DNA of 62,861 bases, the filler included. It is 7 parts of 7 records of this genome, joined end to end, with 100 filler letters (N's around TTAATTAATTAA, not from the genome) between each part and the next. Parts side by side here need not be neighbours in the genome. Positions count along the whole stretch, not along the records: positions 8,359 to 13,448 come from SRR2962707_3848; positions 13,549 to 34,413 come from SRR2962707_3854; 5 more parts are not named here. One strand, given 5' to 3'. The translations under genes were made by a program, and so were the position numbers. Position 1 is the first letter of the stretch. The number at the start of each line of letters is the position of its first letter. Shown one piece after another: positions 10,983-25,600 of this stretch. The notes beneath the pieces are model-generated. The model was not told where the DNA came from and made no database searches. It saw only the letters and a program-made list of their open reading frames with translations.

Positions 10983-13099
10983 TCACGTCGGGGGAATCAT
11001 AGTGGAGACGCGCTCCAGAAGAGTATGCGCGTCAGGTTCTCCTGTGGATGCAATGTTGTGCAAGCTGGACTCTAACTGTGGACCGAGCAAGTCAGCAGCA
11101 CACTATCAACTTGACAACAAGGCGCTGCTGCAAAGTTGGCAACATATAAATAAATGGACCAATGGCCAGACAAAAGATTATCACTTACTTTGCCCAAATC
11201 TGCTGATCCACAGAGAACTGAGCGCACCTGCCGAACATTGAACAGAAAGACAACGATCAGCGCGGTGAAAGATGAAGTGGCAGGCACGGCACTTCCGCCC
11301 AAAAACCTACCGCCGGAGCATTGTTGTTCAAGCAATCCAATACCGCATGGACCGCCTGGAAGTTACATGACCATTCACAAACCATAGTGTCTATCGCGTT
11401 CACTTTGGCATTTCACATCGACTGAAATCGCTTTACTGTGTCACCAACCGTGCGTTTTAGGGCATCGCTGTGCTGATGGCTCGAAACTCCACCGCATATT
11501 GCTTCGCACAGTGCTTCCAGTGTCTACAACCATTGGAACGTCAGTCAATCGCCAACAAAAAAGCAGGCATGTGTAAACGCAAGGGTTGAGTCGCAGATTC
11601 ATTACATACCCCATGCTGAATGAATGACGGCACAGACACAGGGTGCAGCGCCATGTTTCCGATGATCCTGGGAACAAATGCACAAGTAGCGCGGAGATAC
11701 TTGCTTGATTATTGACCAAGCTCGACGACAGGGCGAATCAGACAATCGGCACCACAAGCAACTCCTGTTGACTGCCGGTTGAGAAGTCCACTTACATATA
11801 CACCGCGACCAGTGCGCGAATATCAACATCGCGAGCGTGCACCAACTCCATCAATGCAGGCACGGTCCCAGCCTGCAAGGAAACCAAGAAGATCACTCGC
11901 GTTCATACGAACAAAAAGCAATGGTGTGATGCAAAGCTCAACAATCAGAACATGTACCGACCTCAATGATGCCTCGCGTGCCCATCTCGCTCGATGCACA
12001 TGTACCAATCGAAAGAAGATCGTCAAGAGCACTGGGCGATCCCGCGGGCGAGCACAAACCGACTTTCAGAGAGTCAAGAGCAGCTTCAAGTCCACCTGAC
12101 GCACGAAAGGCTTCCAACTCGGGAGTCGTGTCCCAGCTTGTCCTATTGCCAGCGATGTGCGGGTTTGATTGTGATGGGTCCAACTTTTGCTGAACGTGAA
12201 CTTTCATTGGTCCCTGGCGCTCATCTTGCAACGAAGGGATAATTTCATCGTCAGCATAAAAACTTGACAGAATCTAGATATGGCAGAACAAATTAGCACA
12301 GCACAAACGTGGAACTTGAGAAATCGGGGGCTAAATGCATCCACGCCACAACTAAGGTGCGCAAGTACAGTCAGCCCCTTTCGAGGCACACCTGGAAATT
12401 CTCAGACGTGACCATTCGGCCGACAGTCACCAGGTATGAGCCAACTGGGACGTTTGCGTCAATTCTAGCAACAATGGAATATTCGGCTTCCTCCATTCTC
12501 GGGTCGACGTCCCAAACTGGACCAGCATGCTCTCGCGATTGGGACGCATCGACAAAAACCACTGCCGTTTCGTCAGAATTTCTGGAGTGGTCAATTTTCG
12601 CGTCAAAAGCGCGATCCCAAGGAAGACAACGCAAGTGGCTGGGATCAGTCATTCGCTCTAAGTGATCTTCTGGGAGACCATCCGTTCTCAGTTGCTTGTA
12701 TAAATCCTTGTAAACCTGGAATCGTTCCGTGGCGTACCAGTCCTCTGGTAGAGACTGTTCTGCACCTTGCACCTTGTGAAAGTCCGTGCAGCGACCGCTG
12801 AAATTGTGCAGCAACGCTGCTGCAATCGAGGCACTTCCTGCTCCGTTACTAAACTCTCTCCACGAAGCATTCGACAAGCTATCGCCGTGTACGTTCTTAA
12901 TCACGGAAAGTGCGACGTGAACACCGTCAAAAGCGCTGTCGGTCGCACGGATTTGCGGATGCGCAGCAGCCCTGATCGCCGCGTGTGCTCGCGACCGCTT
13001 GACGACAAAGTCCTCGCCATCTCGAGTCAGAGCCCGACGTAGGAGTTGCTGAGTCGATTTTTCAGCGCCATGAAGACTGGCCTGCAGTTGCCTCCACAT
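10983..13099 (-). CDS. Multi-exon hypothetical protein: degenerate class I (DOT1-like) methyltransferase fold followed by armadillo-like repeats
   Basis: EFSNGAGSASIAAALLHNF..C and AVVFVDAS..VPVGSYLVTV resemble the protist DOT1-like pattern. Spliced IIE|AGTVPALMELVHARDVDIRALVA and IIGNMALH..IQHG|TLEALCEAI are ARM-like. Start and last exons are uncertain. Confidence 0.5.
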
Positions 13100-13448
13100 G
13101 TTGCCTTGCAAAACAGACAGTCCACCCGCCAGACTCGCCTGCCTGCCTGCCTGCACTGTTAACCTCGTGCACCTCAGCTCAGATCGTGTCGGAAATCTAC
13201 ACGCAGTGGTGCTGGTTGTTGGACAAGTGTCGTGAGCAGCGCCTGGCGAAACAGCCTTTTCAAGGCGCAGAAACAAGTGTGCCGCAAATTGTTCTTCTTC
13301 TTTTGTTATTCCACTCCCTTCTTGTGGGTGAACGCACTTTGTTTTTCTGGAAGCGGCAGCGGCTACTTGGTAGCTGCTGAGCGGATCGTTTCCAGCTCAC
13401 CACCAAGCGAAAGGAAGCAAAAAAAATAAAAAAAAAATAAAAAAAAAA

Positions 13449-13548
13449 NNNNNNNNNNNNNNNNNNNNNNNNNNNNNNNNNNNNNNNNNNNNTTAATTAA
13501 TTAANNNNNNNNNNNNNNNNNNNNNNNNNNNNNNNNNNNNNNNNNNNN
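13449..13548. other. Artificial contig spacer
   Basis: N44-TTAATTAATTAA-N44, preceded by an A-rich run and followed by CAC/CAA repeats. Confidence 0.99.
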
Positions 13549-13697
13549 ACCACCACCACCAACAACAACAACAACAGCCAATTGAACTCAAAGCTTGGCA
13601 CAACTGCGTGACGACTGTGTGTGTCTCTGCATTTGTGCATTGGCGTTGGATATTGCGTTCGCTTGCAGGGCGACCTTGTGGCACTTTGTTGCTCAAG

Positions 13698-16600
13698 TCA
13701 CACTCCGTGAGGCCTCAAATCGGCAACAACAGAGCATCGAGCACCCAATGTGCATCCCAGCGCAGAGCGCTCAGACGATGAAAGTCGCGCAGCTTCGAGA
13801 CCTGGTCCAGCGCTTTCTCGCGATATCTGGCAAATTGCCAGCTGGCGTCGACCTATCGGATTCGAATGTTTTCTCCTTACAGGCTGTTTGGGAGAGCTCG
13901 GAAAATGAGGCAGCAGCTGCATGTGTGGTGGTTGAAGGCGACCGCACTGTCGCTGACGTCCTGCAAAATCGCTTGGATGGTGCCGTCGCAAAAAGCGACA
14001 GCGTACAAACGCTTCCGAGTCGCCTTGGCTTTGAAGAAGCCGAGCAGGAGACGAGTGATTTCGGGACTGATATTCCGGAGCAAGCTCCCAGCACGCCGCG
14101 AAGGTAGTCGGCAAAACTGCTGGTCACATGTTCATGCGTTGAATGTCAAGCGGACCGAATGATCAAATGCCTCTTCCATGAATGCCCATTTTTGGCGATT
14201 GCTTGCAGAAGTTCAAAGGAAAATGCCGAGGCTGAAAGCACGCCTGCTGCAGAGATTTCCAAGCCAATTGTTGGACAGGTGTCCGACACGGATTCTGGGC
14301 GTGGTCCTGTGCCAAGCAGTTCTACGGCAGGTCTCCAAGCCTCTGCGTCAACAAGAAAACGCTTGTTACGACACAAAGATGAAACGGCTTGGAACTTTCA
14401 AATGCGGAACTACACTTTTCGCAGCACGCGACATCAAGATTTTGTAGAAGACACACACCAGGTGTGCTGGCGTCACTGCACGTCCATTGTGCTCCGCAAC
14501 CTTGGCAAATGCCGTTCGGAAGCGGCTCATGCGTTGCAGTGGCGTGTCGGAGATTCACATTCCGTGGTGCGTTTGCAGTGAGCACGTCGTGCGTTTGCTG
14601 CAATATCCAGCTGGCGTGCGAAGTCCAAACCGCGCCGTGTGTGGTGAACGAAGGTACCGAACGACGTGGCCAAAGTTATTTGGGGTCTTTATGATAAAGA
14701 CGAGCACTTGCAGCAAATCACGCAATTATGCCGCAGTGTCGAGCATGCGTCTGCAGTCTGCCGTCGAATTGTGGCAGAGCACACCGAACCTGGTGAGTGA
14801 CCACCCTCATGTCGTTCGGAAGGACCCTTGGCGATGTCCATCCCTTATTTAGCCATTGTGTGTTTTGCGACTACAGAGCAAGCTCGCCGCATTCGTAGGA
14901 TTGTAGCACTTCAGAGTTTGATTCGCGGCGCAATTGTGCGCAAAACCGTTGCAGAGTTTGGGGCTTTGAGGTTTCTAGATTTCGTTGAATTTCCAGACGA
15001 GCACGCTGCGTCACACAGTCGGCAAACGACTGACGTTGACACACTATACAAACCGCTGCGTCGAACGGCGTCCTCTTTGCTCCGATCAGAGTCCACTGCC
15101 ACCGCAAAACTGTTGCAGCAACACCCGTTAGTTAGGTCGCTTGCTCTTTTCCGCATAGTGCCGCTCGTCAAACGAACCAGCGTGTTGAATCTAGTGTCCT
15201 GCGCTTTTGCAGGTACTATGCACTCTCTGTGCTTGGGGCTGCGAGGGCAAGCAACTCACTTATACGTCTAACCTTGCGTCGGGCCACAAGAACCGAAATG
15301 CCCAAATTTTCTTGTGTAGGCAATGTTGCTGTCAAATTCATGTATTGGAGCATGCCACAGGTAGGCTCACTTTGTAAAGCGCTTTATTTGTACTGGTGTG
15401 CTGCGTTAGTAGCGGTCCCACTGGCAAACCATTTTTGCTTCTGAAGGTGTTGGTCGTTGAGGCTGGATCTGTTCTGCCCGACACAATCGAATATAACGCT
15501 GGCTTGCGCGGCAATGACGTAATTTGTGCTGTGAGCACTCGACCGCTGAACCCTGGAAGTATGGACTTACGGAGTGGCCCTAGCAACGCTGGCGCGGACC
15601 TTTGCACGCGCTTGAAGATGTGGGCCAACAGTTCCCGACTCGAACTCAACGTGGTGGTCGCGAGATTTTCGGAGTTACCATCACACGTTCAGTCTGGCCT
15701 TCGGATGACAACGGGAGATCGATGGAAGGTAAGTTCACGCCACACGTGTTGTGCAGCAAGAGTAAACTGTCGATTTCCATTTTGAGACGTGATGCACTTG
15801 TTCAGGATTTGAGAACGAGCCTTGGACAAGCATGTGCAAGATCACTGTTTACCCGCTGGGGCGAAATTCGGGAGGCCGTCACCATGAAGCGGGTCAATGC
15901 TGCAAAGGTATGTCAGCGCTGAGCTTGTGCCGAGTGAACCTCCCTCGTTTATCATCACAACCCCAATGTTTGCTTCGTCAGACTCTGCAACGTTTTTGGC
16001 GAGCTCGAAGCGCCAAGAAAAAATTTGTTGAAGCTGTAGTGCAGCGGAGTGAGCAAGAAATTAACGGGTAATGAATTGCACGCCTGCACCGCGTGAGTTG
16101 TTTTCGTCATGGCCTTTCCGTGCCTGATAATGCGGCCGCCTCAACTTTCTGGCAGGTGGAGTCCACAAATTCAGCAGACAAGCAGCGCTGCAGCAACAGT
16201 GTTCGCAGCTCAAAAGGCGGACGCAGTTTTGTTTCTGGAGATGGAAGCAGGGCGTGGGTACGTTTTTTTGACACATTACGGTCCCTCTACGTCGAACTGG
16301 ATCAATGTTGGAACTCAGCACGGCACCTTTTCTTTTTTGCCAGTCTTGGAATGCGCATAAGCTTCAACAATCCGTCGCGATTGTTGTCAAGAGTGCATCA
16401 AAGTATTGAGGTTGGTGACTCAATGTTTTTGCTCGTTTCTACAGTGTTGAAGAACGTGCACTGAGCGCGTTTCGCGTTTGTTCAGGTGCTGGAGATCACT
16501 GATGCGGAGGGAGCGGCAGCTGACGCCGGGCTGCAAACAGGTGACATTATATTTGGGCTCGATGGTGTCAACTACAGTGCAGACAGCGTCGGGTTTGATC

Positions 16601-19600
16601 CGATCGCGATCGAATCCCCGTCCGACGAGGAAGAAAGTCAGGTGTCAGACATCACGTCTGAAGCTACCGCCAATGACGCCAATGACGCCGATGGCCCCGA
16701 CAGCGACGACGAAGACACGTCGGTTTACCAAGTCGGGATCGACAAATGTTTTCCTGGCATGAGACTGGGTGCAAATGTCAACTATGGTTACGGCATGGTG
16801 TGTGCGTGCGGTTCTGTTCATGAATGTGGTACACTTTTCGTACGCCTTGTTCATTTGCTACGTTTATTTGCTGCCTTTAGAATGAATTTTGGGTCATCAT
16901 TGACGTCATAGACGTTGATGAGTTTGAAGAAGAGGTTCTTGTATGCGTGATTGACGAATCGTACGCTGCAGCAATGGAAGAGGCCGAACAAATGGCGGAA
17001 GTAACACCGCGCGTCCCAGGAGACCCCGCTCCAAAGTACGTTTACGCGGATTGCAAGAATTCAACTTTAACACCAATCGTGTTTGCCGTTCATGACGAGT
17101 TTCTGCTTGTGCAGGTTCTTCCGCAAAATTCCAGTGAAGCATTTGCGAATCCTACCCAATTGTTATTCAGCCGGTGATGTCGTCGAAGTTTTGACTCTTG
17201 ATGCAGAGGTAGGGCATCGTTGTCCTTGGCAGTTCCGATGTAGGTGATTGCTGCGTGTTTTTGCTCATGTTTTTCGTCTTTTCGATGCAAGGTCCCCAAA
17301 TGGCGATGTGCATTGGTGGAAAGCGAAGCTACCATTCTTCAAGACACTGATGAGTGGCTTCGAGTGCGCTTCATCCCCTGCGCCAACGAGGAGAAGAAGG
17401 AGGAGGAGGAAGGGAAAGAGGACTACGACGACGAGCAGGAGGCGCAGGTCTGGCTGAATCAGTGCAGTTTCTGCGAGATATGACTTTCATTTGAGAGCGT
17501 TTTGAGGTATTGACACCCCAGCTTTGTGTATGATCATGCGCCCTTGCATGTAGGCTGTCAACGTGTGCCGTTGTCGACCAGTGCAGCCTGTCCACGAGGG
17601 CGCATCAGTGGAGGCACAGACGAAATCTGGCGACTTGTGGATGCCTGGCACTGTCACTGTACGCAGCGCTTTGTTTGATGTCTGAGCTTTGCGCAGCAAA
17701 GCCGGATTGTGATTGGCAGTGTGCTATGTTGCGCTATTAGTCCAACGAAGATGAGAACTATACCATTGAATTCATCAACGGCGAAGTCATTGAAGCCGTT
17801 CCCCGCCAACAGCTGCGCGTGCTGCCATTAGACCAATACGATGTTTCCCAAGCAATGTCCAGCGCGCTTGAAATTGAAAGTGCTCTGCGAGCTAAGTGGA
17901 CAGCGAGAAGAGAGGAAAAGCGCGCAAACGACGATCATTCAATGGCTGCTACACACGTCCAGGCTGGCATGCATGTTGCGGTCAACGCGAATTATGGACC
18001 GGGCATGGTACGTTCTCTATGCAATCCACTGATTGCGGCTGGGGTAGCTTGGAGACTGTATGAGTTGAAGAACGTGGATGTGTGACCTCTATTGCTGCGC
18101 ATGTAGAAAGAGTTCTGGGTAATGGCAGAAATTGTCCAAGTGCAGCCAGACGAAAATCAGATTGTTGTGCAAATTATGGATTCAGCCTACGAAATTGCGA
18201 TGGCAGAAGCTGAAGACGCAGCTGGGATTACGCCACGGGATGAATCAGCGCCAACTCCTAGGTTTGTAGATGTGGTTTCAACACGCGGCCTGACTGTTCA
18301 CTTTTGCAAGGCGCGTCGGAAGCGCACATTCAGCGTGTCGCGCTGTGGTCACTGCAGATTTTTTCGAGCCATACCAATGGAGTTTGTGCGGCCCGGACCA
18401 GTTTTGTTCAGCAATGGTGATATTGTTGAATACCTATCCGAAGACAACGAGGTGGGCATACTTGTGCCATGCCTTTTCTGCTGGATGGTAGTCATTGCAG
18501 GGATGACTTGCCGAAATGACTTTTCAACAATGTTGGGTGTTTGTCGCACTTTAGTGGGTGCTCGGAAGCTTTCGTGGCATTGAAAACGATACCATTTCCC
18601 TTTCAACGACCCACGACAGCACGCCTCGAATCGTTCGTGTCGCACTGGCCCTTGTACCTGTGCCCTGTGCAGTGCTGAAGTCATAACTAGGACATGTGAA
18701 ATATCAGGTTCAAGTTGCAGCGCTTCGAGTTCGCATTGCCAAAACACCTGTGATAGGAGAAGCAGTCGAGGCATTATATGGCGAAGGGTCCGCATGGTTC
18801 CCAGCAACCGTCGACGTACGTCTGCGAGCGTCATGCGTGTGTGTGTTTTGCGCGCTTCGGGTTTTCTTTCATTTCATTCGTAAACCTTGGTGTGTTCTCG
18901 CAGGATGTCAATGACGATGGAACATTTTACTTAGTGTACGAAGATGGAGATGTTGAAGAGCGGGTCGAGCGAGTGAACATCCGCCACGCAAGTCCTGATC
19001 CGAATGTGCTGACTGACGCAATTGAAAGTGCTCTTGAAATGGAGTCTGCGCTGCGCGCAAAGTGGACCGTTCACCGCGAGGAAAAGCGAGAGCAAGACGC
19101 GACTCTCCACCCTGCACATTTGACACCAGGCATGCACGTCGCGGCAAACGCCAATTATGGCCGTGGCATGGTACGTGGGTGATCTGTGCCAAAACGACGT
19201 GCCTGATTTGCACGCGCAATGTATTTCATTGGCTCGCACCGGTTGTCACTTTCTTGTTTCAGGAGGAATTTTGGATAATAGCTGAGATTGTTTGTGTTCT
19301 TCCCGAGCACGATGCTGTTGTGGTGCTCGTTAGAGACACAGCGTACAATTTCGCGATGCAGGAGGCCGAGAGTGCGGCTGAGGTAACGCCGCGTGACGAG
19401 TCCGGAACATCCCCGAGGTTGGTGCTTGGACCCTATCGTCGCATCTGCGTATTGTCCCTGTTGGCTTGCTCACATGCTGCCTTTGATAACAGGTTCTATC
19501 GCAAGATACCGATACGTTTCCTGCGAGTCGCACCTGTCGTGTTCAGTTCTGGGGACGCAGTCGAGGTCATGCTTCAGGACGATGAGGTACTTTCGAGCGA

Positions 19601-22600
19601 TTGAATGCGACCAACAGTCGCCAATGTGGCATTCGCGGTGACGAACAGCACGTAATACGTGCGCCTGCGGTGTCTGTTGTTTTAATGACTGATGTTGCTT
19701 GCGTTGTAGCTTCGATTGTGGCATTTGGCCCGATTTGAGCGGGTTGACGACGGACACGTGACAGTTGAACTGTCAGCACAGGAAGCGGATGAACAAGTTC
19801 GTTTCGTGACTTCGTGAGTCTTTTCAAGTAGCGCGGCGGCGAGTCTTTATGACGTTCGTTCCAAATGCACCTGCTTGCGTATTTTTCAGGTAACAGTTCC
19901 TGTGCTACATGTGAGACCTGCTGCAGAGCTGCATGATGGCGATGCAGTGGAGTGTCTCGTCGAGGGAGGTGAAGAACCACACTGCCTGGAGTGGCTTCCT
20001 GGCTGCATTTCTCACGTTGCTGACGACAAAACGTATTCAGTCACCTTAAGTGAAGAAGATCGTGTCGAGCTTAACGTGCCACGACATGCGATCCGTTGCT
20101 TAAGAATCGCACCAGAGGACGAAGCACAGATTATTACAGACGCTGAACAAATGGAAGCTGCATTGACGGAACGCTGGCACGAAGCTTTTGAGGTGCAGGA
20201 GGAAGCCCGTTTACTAAACCGCCGCAGCAAACAGGAACAGAATCTTCTTGAGCGATTTCGGTCTGCGGTAACGGATTCTTCGGCTCCAATGGAACTTTTG
20301 GTGGCTCGGCCGACCCTTCTCAATGAGGTTTGTATTTTAAAGCAGACAATGTCGTGTATTCCAGCAAGCAGCAATTCAGCTCACACTCTGTCTGCCTTTT
20401 TTAAGCTCGAGGTTGCAAAGTGCCACGTAGCCGTCCCGGACATGCTGAAGTACTCAATTCGACGCATCGCCCAGAATCTGGTCGACACTGTGTCCAACAT
20501 TGAGTCCGAATTGCATGAACGGCAATTAGCGCGACGAGTACGATTGTCCAGTTTTGTTGCGGCGTCCTTATGTCACTGGCTCAAGTGTTGGCAACTGTAG
20601 CGACCGAACCCGTGAAGTGGTTGTGTTTGCTTTTTGGCAGGCATTGGCTGTGACGCACATACAACGTCGATTTCGAGCACAACGCAAATCGCAGCTATAT
20701 TTCCGTTCGGTTACAACGACGCAGTGGGCGACGATGCGCCAGCGCTTGCAATGCCGACGCATCGGACATTTGCATCGAGGCCCAATGAAAAACACTCTGC
20801 GCACGTTTGCGAACGAACATGCACGCAAGCAACTTGACAACATAAAAGTACGCACTCGAATTGAACGTCCCAGTGTTGCTTCGCTTTGTCCAACTCCGTG
20901 ACATGCTCCCGGTTGTTTGGCTTGTGCGGTTGCTCGGTTGACTTTTTCACAGGTTGGCGACTGGCAAATGGTGCGTTGGTGCTGGGTGCGACGCCGAAAA
21001 GAGTTTCCGACGTTTGAAACTCGTAGAGTGCTCGTCGGAAGCGACGCACCATGCCCCTGTGTCGAAATATCCATCACTCCAGCTGTCGACGCAGAATTGT
21101 GTTCCATACTCAAGGATGATGTCGAAACTGATTGTCGCATTCCATCCTCAGTGATAAAAGTCCCGGTCCTGGCAAAGGTAGTTCCGATCCACCAGCTCGT
21201 GGGTTGTGTCGATACCAGCAAGGTAAACTTCATTAATGTCGTAGGCAACGGTGTTTTTTTGAATTTTGAGAATTCCTGTGCCTCACTCGCATCTCTCGGG
21301 ATGTTTGGTTGCGCGCAGCTGTCAGCATGGCAGAAGTTCCGAGTCTCGACGAAACTTCAAACAACCTACGGGCATCCGCTTATTACGGAACAGGTCGCTG
21401 ACGAGCAGTGGATAAGTGAATGGAGTCGCCAATGGGACGACCTTGTTGAAGCATCCACATACGACTCTACTGGCTTTGACGATGATGACGAGGTTGATAT
21501 GGCTGCGAATCTACCAAACCCATCAGTGAAAGACGCAGTTGTACGTTGAACCATGTTCTGTGTAGCTGTTGTTGCAGCCAATTCGGCCGTTGGCTCACGT
21601 TGCACGTGGCTCGAATTGCAAGGCCGCTGCTGTCGCGGCTAGGACAGAGGCAGCATCAAAGCAAAGACGCGCTGATCGCAGTCTTAATTCAAGGGTGAGT
21701 CGAAGTGTGTTCCGTTTTCTTTATCGGATCGTAAAGGATGAGGTTCAATTACGGACTGTCTTGCGTGTTACCGTGGATTGTGCAGGTGTCAATGGGTTGT
21801 TTGTCCGCAATGTTCACAACGCAAATTCCCACGGAATTTTCGTTCAAGAATGCTCTTGGGCAACCAACCAAAACATTTCCGCTGAAAGAGTTGGTACGCC
21901 ACAAAAAACCGTGCAAGTTGCTGTGGAATGTATTAAATTCGTATTGATTTTCCGTGATGCCGTTTGCATAGGTCCATCGGTTGATTGAGCACATTGCATC
22001 GTTTGAACCGCCTTCGGCGCTGCGAGGGGACTCTGTCCTTCGTGCTTCTCTGCTCCAATTTGCGGATTTTCTTCACCGCCGGGTGTCGCCCCGTCACAAC
22101 CAGCTAAATGACCTGTGCAGCAACCAAAAGAAATTCCTTCACACAATGATGGAAGCTGCGGCATTCGATGTTGACGGGGATGGATATGTCAGCGTGGAGG
22201 ACATGCTTGCAGTCTTCAGACACACCAACATCCTTATCGCAGGCAGGTTCAGTGATTGGCTGTGCTTGATTGCATTTCACATTTGGATGGTGGCTGGATG
22301 AAATCACTAACAGTCGTTTGGGTTGCAGGCCATAGTCTACTCAATTCAATAGCATTCGTTGACTTCGAGCAAAGCTCTGCCAACGGCCCGCTTGCCATGG
22401 ATAGAGCACATGCTGCCGTTGACCAAGTCCCTGAAGAACCGGACGCCCTATTAGTGTCACTAATGGCGACAAAGAAACTGGCTTTGGAGGTAGGATATGG
22501 CAATCCCTCTTCTGAATCATCATTGTGCAGCACGTCAATGTTCTTTCGCGTTAACGTTTCGCTGTCGGTGCAGGTGCAGTCGCTTGGACGGCCGAGTTTA

Positions 22601-25600
22601 TCGACGTGGATATCAGCAACCGAAAATTTAACCTGCTGTATTGACTGTGTTTGGCGATCCCCATTGGTGGGGCGTTGCGTACGTCCCATTGCGTTCGGTC
22701 GAATGGCGAAGCTGTCGAATGCGTGTACGCTCTCACAATTTCTGCTTTAATGATTTGCTCGTTTCTGTTTCAGAGCAACGATCAACGTGGAGCATATTCG
22801 AATTCAGTTTTTGCGACTGCCTTTGCGTCAGTGGTCCCTCACGTGGCAGCTTCGAATGGCCTGGTGGTTTTGCATTCTGATGAAGACGATTCATGGGAAT
22901 GGCTAGCGAGAAGCATGTCGGCACCGTTGCGCCGAGTGCGCCACTCAACCAAAATTGCTACACTCCGCCGCGTCGATGCTATTCTAAACCGACAGACCGA
23001 GATGCTTGGTTCGTTCGTTTGTTTACATTAGCCCTGATCGTGTTTCGATGCTGCCAATTTAGGGTCGCAGGTACCTAACGCTGGCGCTGGTCAAATAGGC
23101 CAAGGCAGTATTCCAGTTCCGAAGCATATTGCCGCATATGGGGCCACTGGGCATGGCCTCATTTCGTCACTTGGGGCGATCGCGTCAGGGGCATATCAAA
23201 AGAGGGTGGAGCTCTTAGCGTTATGTCGAAGATTTGAACAGCACGGTTTGACTAACAGCGGCGCAGCTGCGGCCCGCTTCGTCGCGCAGACTGAAGGTAC
23301 GCTGGATGCGGACACGCATGGCTGTTGGAGTCTGCCGTTGCATCCACCATTGACGTATTGAGTTCGTGCATGCGTTGCAGCGTTGCAGCCCGCAGATGTA
23401 AGTGCCACAGACGCTGGCTTTGGGACAGCTGTTGCGAAAATACTGTCGGAACGCAAGCAACAAGATCAGGATGTAGCTGTGTCCATGGAGCTTGCATTTG
23501 AGACCCGCAAAAAAATGGGTCTTCAAGCCTGTGTACGCGAGTTTTGTTGTGCAATGGTCTGTGAAGCAACTCTGTGAATTCTTCTCAGTTGAATTGCTTG
23601 TTTCTGTAACGTTGCGTAGCAATTAGCGCAGCAATCTGCCGCAGAATCGCAGCAGGAGCTTCAGGAATTATGGAAACAGTTCGACTCCCGGCAGAGGCGC
23701 GCAGAGCGCACAATACGGCTGAGCCAACACCACTGGAATGTGGCCCGGTTGCTGCTAGTCACAGCGGACGGAAATACGTGTGCTGACATTCACCCCCAAT
23801 TTGCAACCGCAAAACTGCCACGTGGGGCTTGGGGCTACTCGCCATGGTTTGCTTCAATATCGGCCCCTCATGGACCAGATGCTGCTCCATCGTTTTCCTC
23901 AACCAATGAACGTCTGAAAGCGGCGCAGTATGGGACGGTATTTCATCGACTTGGGTTTGAGTGGCTAGCGCGGGTTCGTCTCAACGCATTTGACCAGGGT
24001 CGTGTTCCACGATGCTCCAAATCTCATGCTGCTTTTCTAAATCTGCAGGCTGCAGCAACGCTGATGAAAGCTGATGCGCGACGCAAAGCGAAGCTGCAAG
24101 CTCACGCGGGGAAAGCTGGCAGCATGGTAGCGGTTCGTTGTTCAATAGTTTGGTTGAAACCAATTGTCGCCATTGCAACTGAGGCGTTTGAAGTCCAGGG
24201 TCGCTGCTTTCTAGGCCGTCAAGAACCAAATTTTGCTCGACAAACAGTTGGGTGCGCTGCGAACTACTGTGAGCCGGATGGTGACAAATAGACGTCTGTG
24301 GGCCGACCGTTTCAATCCGTTCCACCCTGGGCTGCTGTTGTTGAAAAATGTCATCGTGCAGGCTGAGCAAGGTTAGTGAAGCTTTGAGGATGCGGTATGT
24401 GTTGTTTCACCTGTTCTGGACGAAGTTTTCGTCACTCACAAACAATGCTGCAGGTGCATTGCGCATGCCCGCCCATGGGACGACCAAAACTATCGACATT
24501 GAATCAGTTGAGCCGACCAAAAGCAGGTCGTTATCGGATATCTTAGGAATGCGCTCACCCAAGGCACATGCCGAAGCAATGCAAAGCAATCCTTTAAAAT
24601 TGCTCGTCAAGGTGCCATCTGTTGCGCAGTTTTCAGCAACGGTAGGTTGCTTGGTTTTACAAGAACGATGAGTGGGCCGTTTTTCGTTTGGCGGCAATAA
24701 CGTTCGTTGCATTACATTGCCTGTTGCAGATGACGCGATCTCGCGACGATGGGTTTGAACCAGATTTGCCAAACGGCTTGTTTTCAACACACGATGTCAT
24801 GAAGGCTGTTCACGATATTGATTCTTCCGCAGCAATCACTACGGCGCTTTGTCGTGGCTTGGCAATCGAACGTGCCTTTCAAGCTACCGTTGTAGGTTTC
24901 AAAAAGCAACAAAATGCACTTTTTGTATTTCAGTGAGTTCAACTCCTGATAGTCTGTATTACACACCACAGGTGAACGCTTTGGTAACTGAATGCAAAGC
25001 CAACGCCGACGGTGCGGCTTACGTTGTTCCTTTCACGATGGACACTGCCAGCGAAATTGGGGTCCAAACGCGGCGTCACTTTCGGTCTCCAGTTCCTGGA
25101 ATGCCGCTTGAAAGCGCAGGATTCGAAATGCGGCAGGCCCTGTATGTGTGCGCCCATGATGTCGTTCATAGTATTGAATTTTGCAAGACCATTGATGGCG
25201 TCTACTTCATTGATGGGGTAACGAGGCCATTGACGGTATCTAATGCATTGATGGGGTTGCCAATGTCTTGGTTGCCTTGAACAGGTATCCCAACTTGGCA
25301 GGTCTTCGAACAAACCATCGCCAAGGTCCGTCCCATGCTTGGGCGCGGCACAAGTCTGCACTCTGTTCTCACTTGTACGATAAGTCACCATTTTTTTATT
25401 TTTGCAGGTGTAGTCACAGTCAACAGCGTGGACTTTGTTGTGTTTTCGGAATCAGACTTGAGCGTTGTCGTGCACACACTCATCGCCGGCTCTGTTTTAA
25501 CAAACCCTAAGCAACGTCAAGGCGGCGTGGTTGATAAAAGTCAGCTGAAACAGAAAACTTTGCCGCGGCAGCGCTCCACGTGGCAGCACAGACTTTTTGA

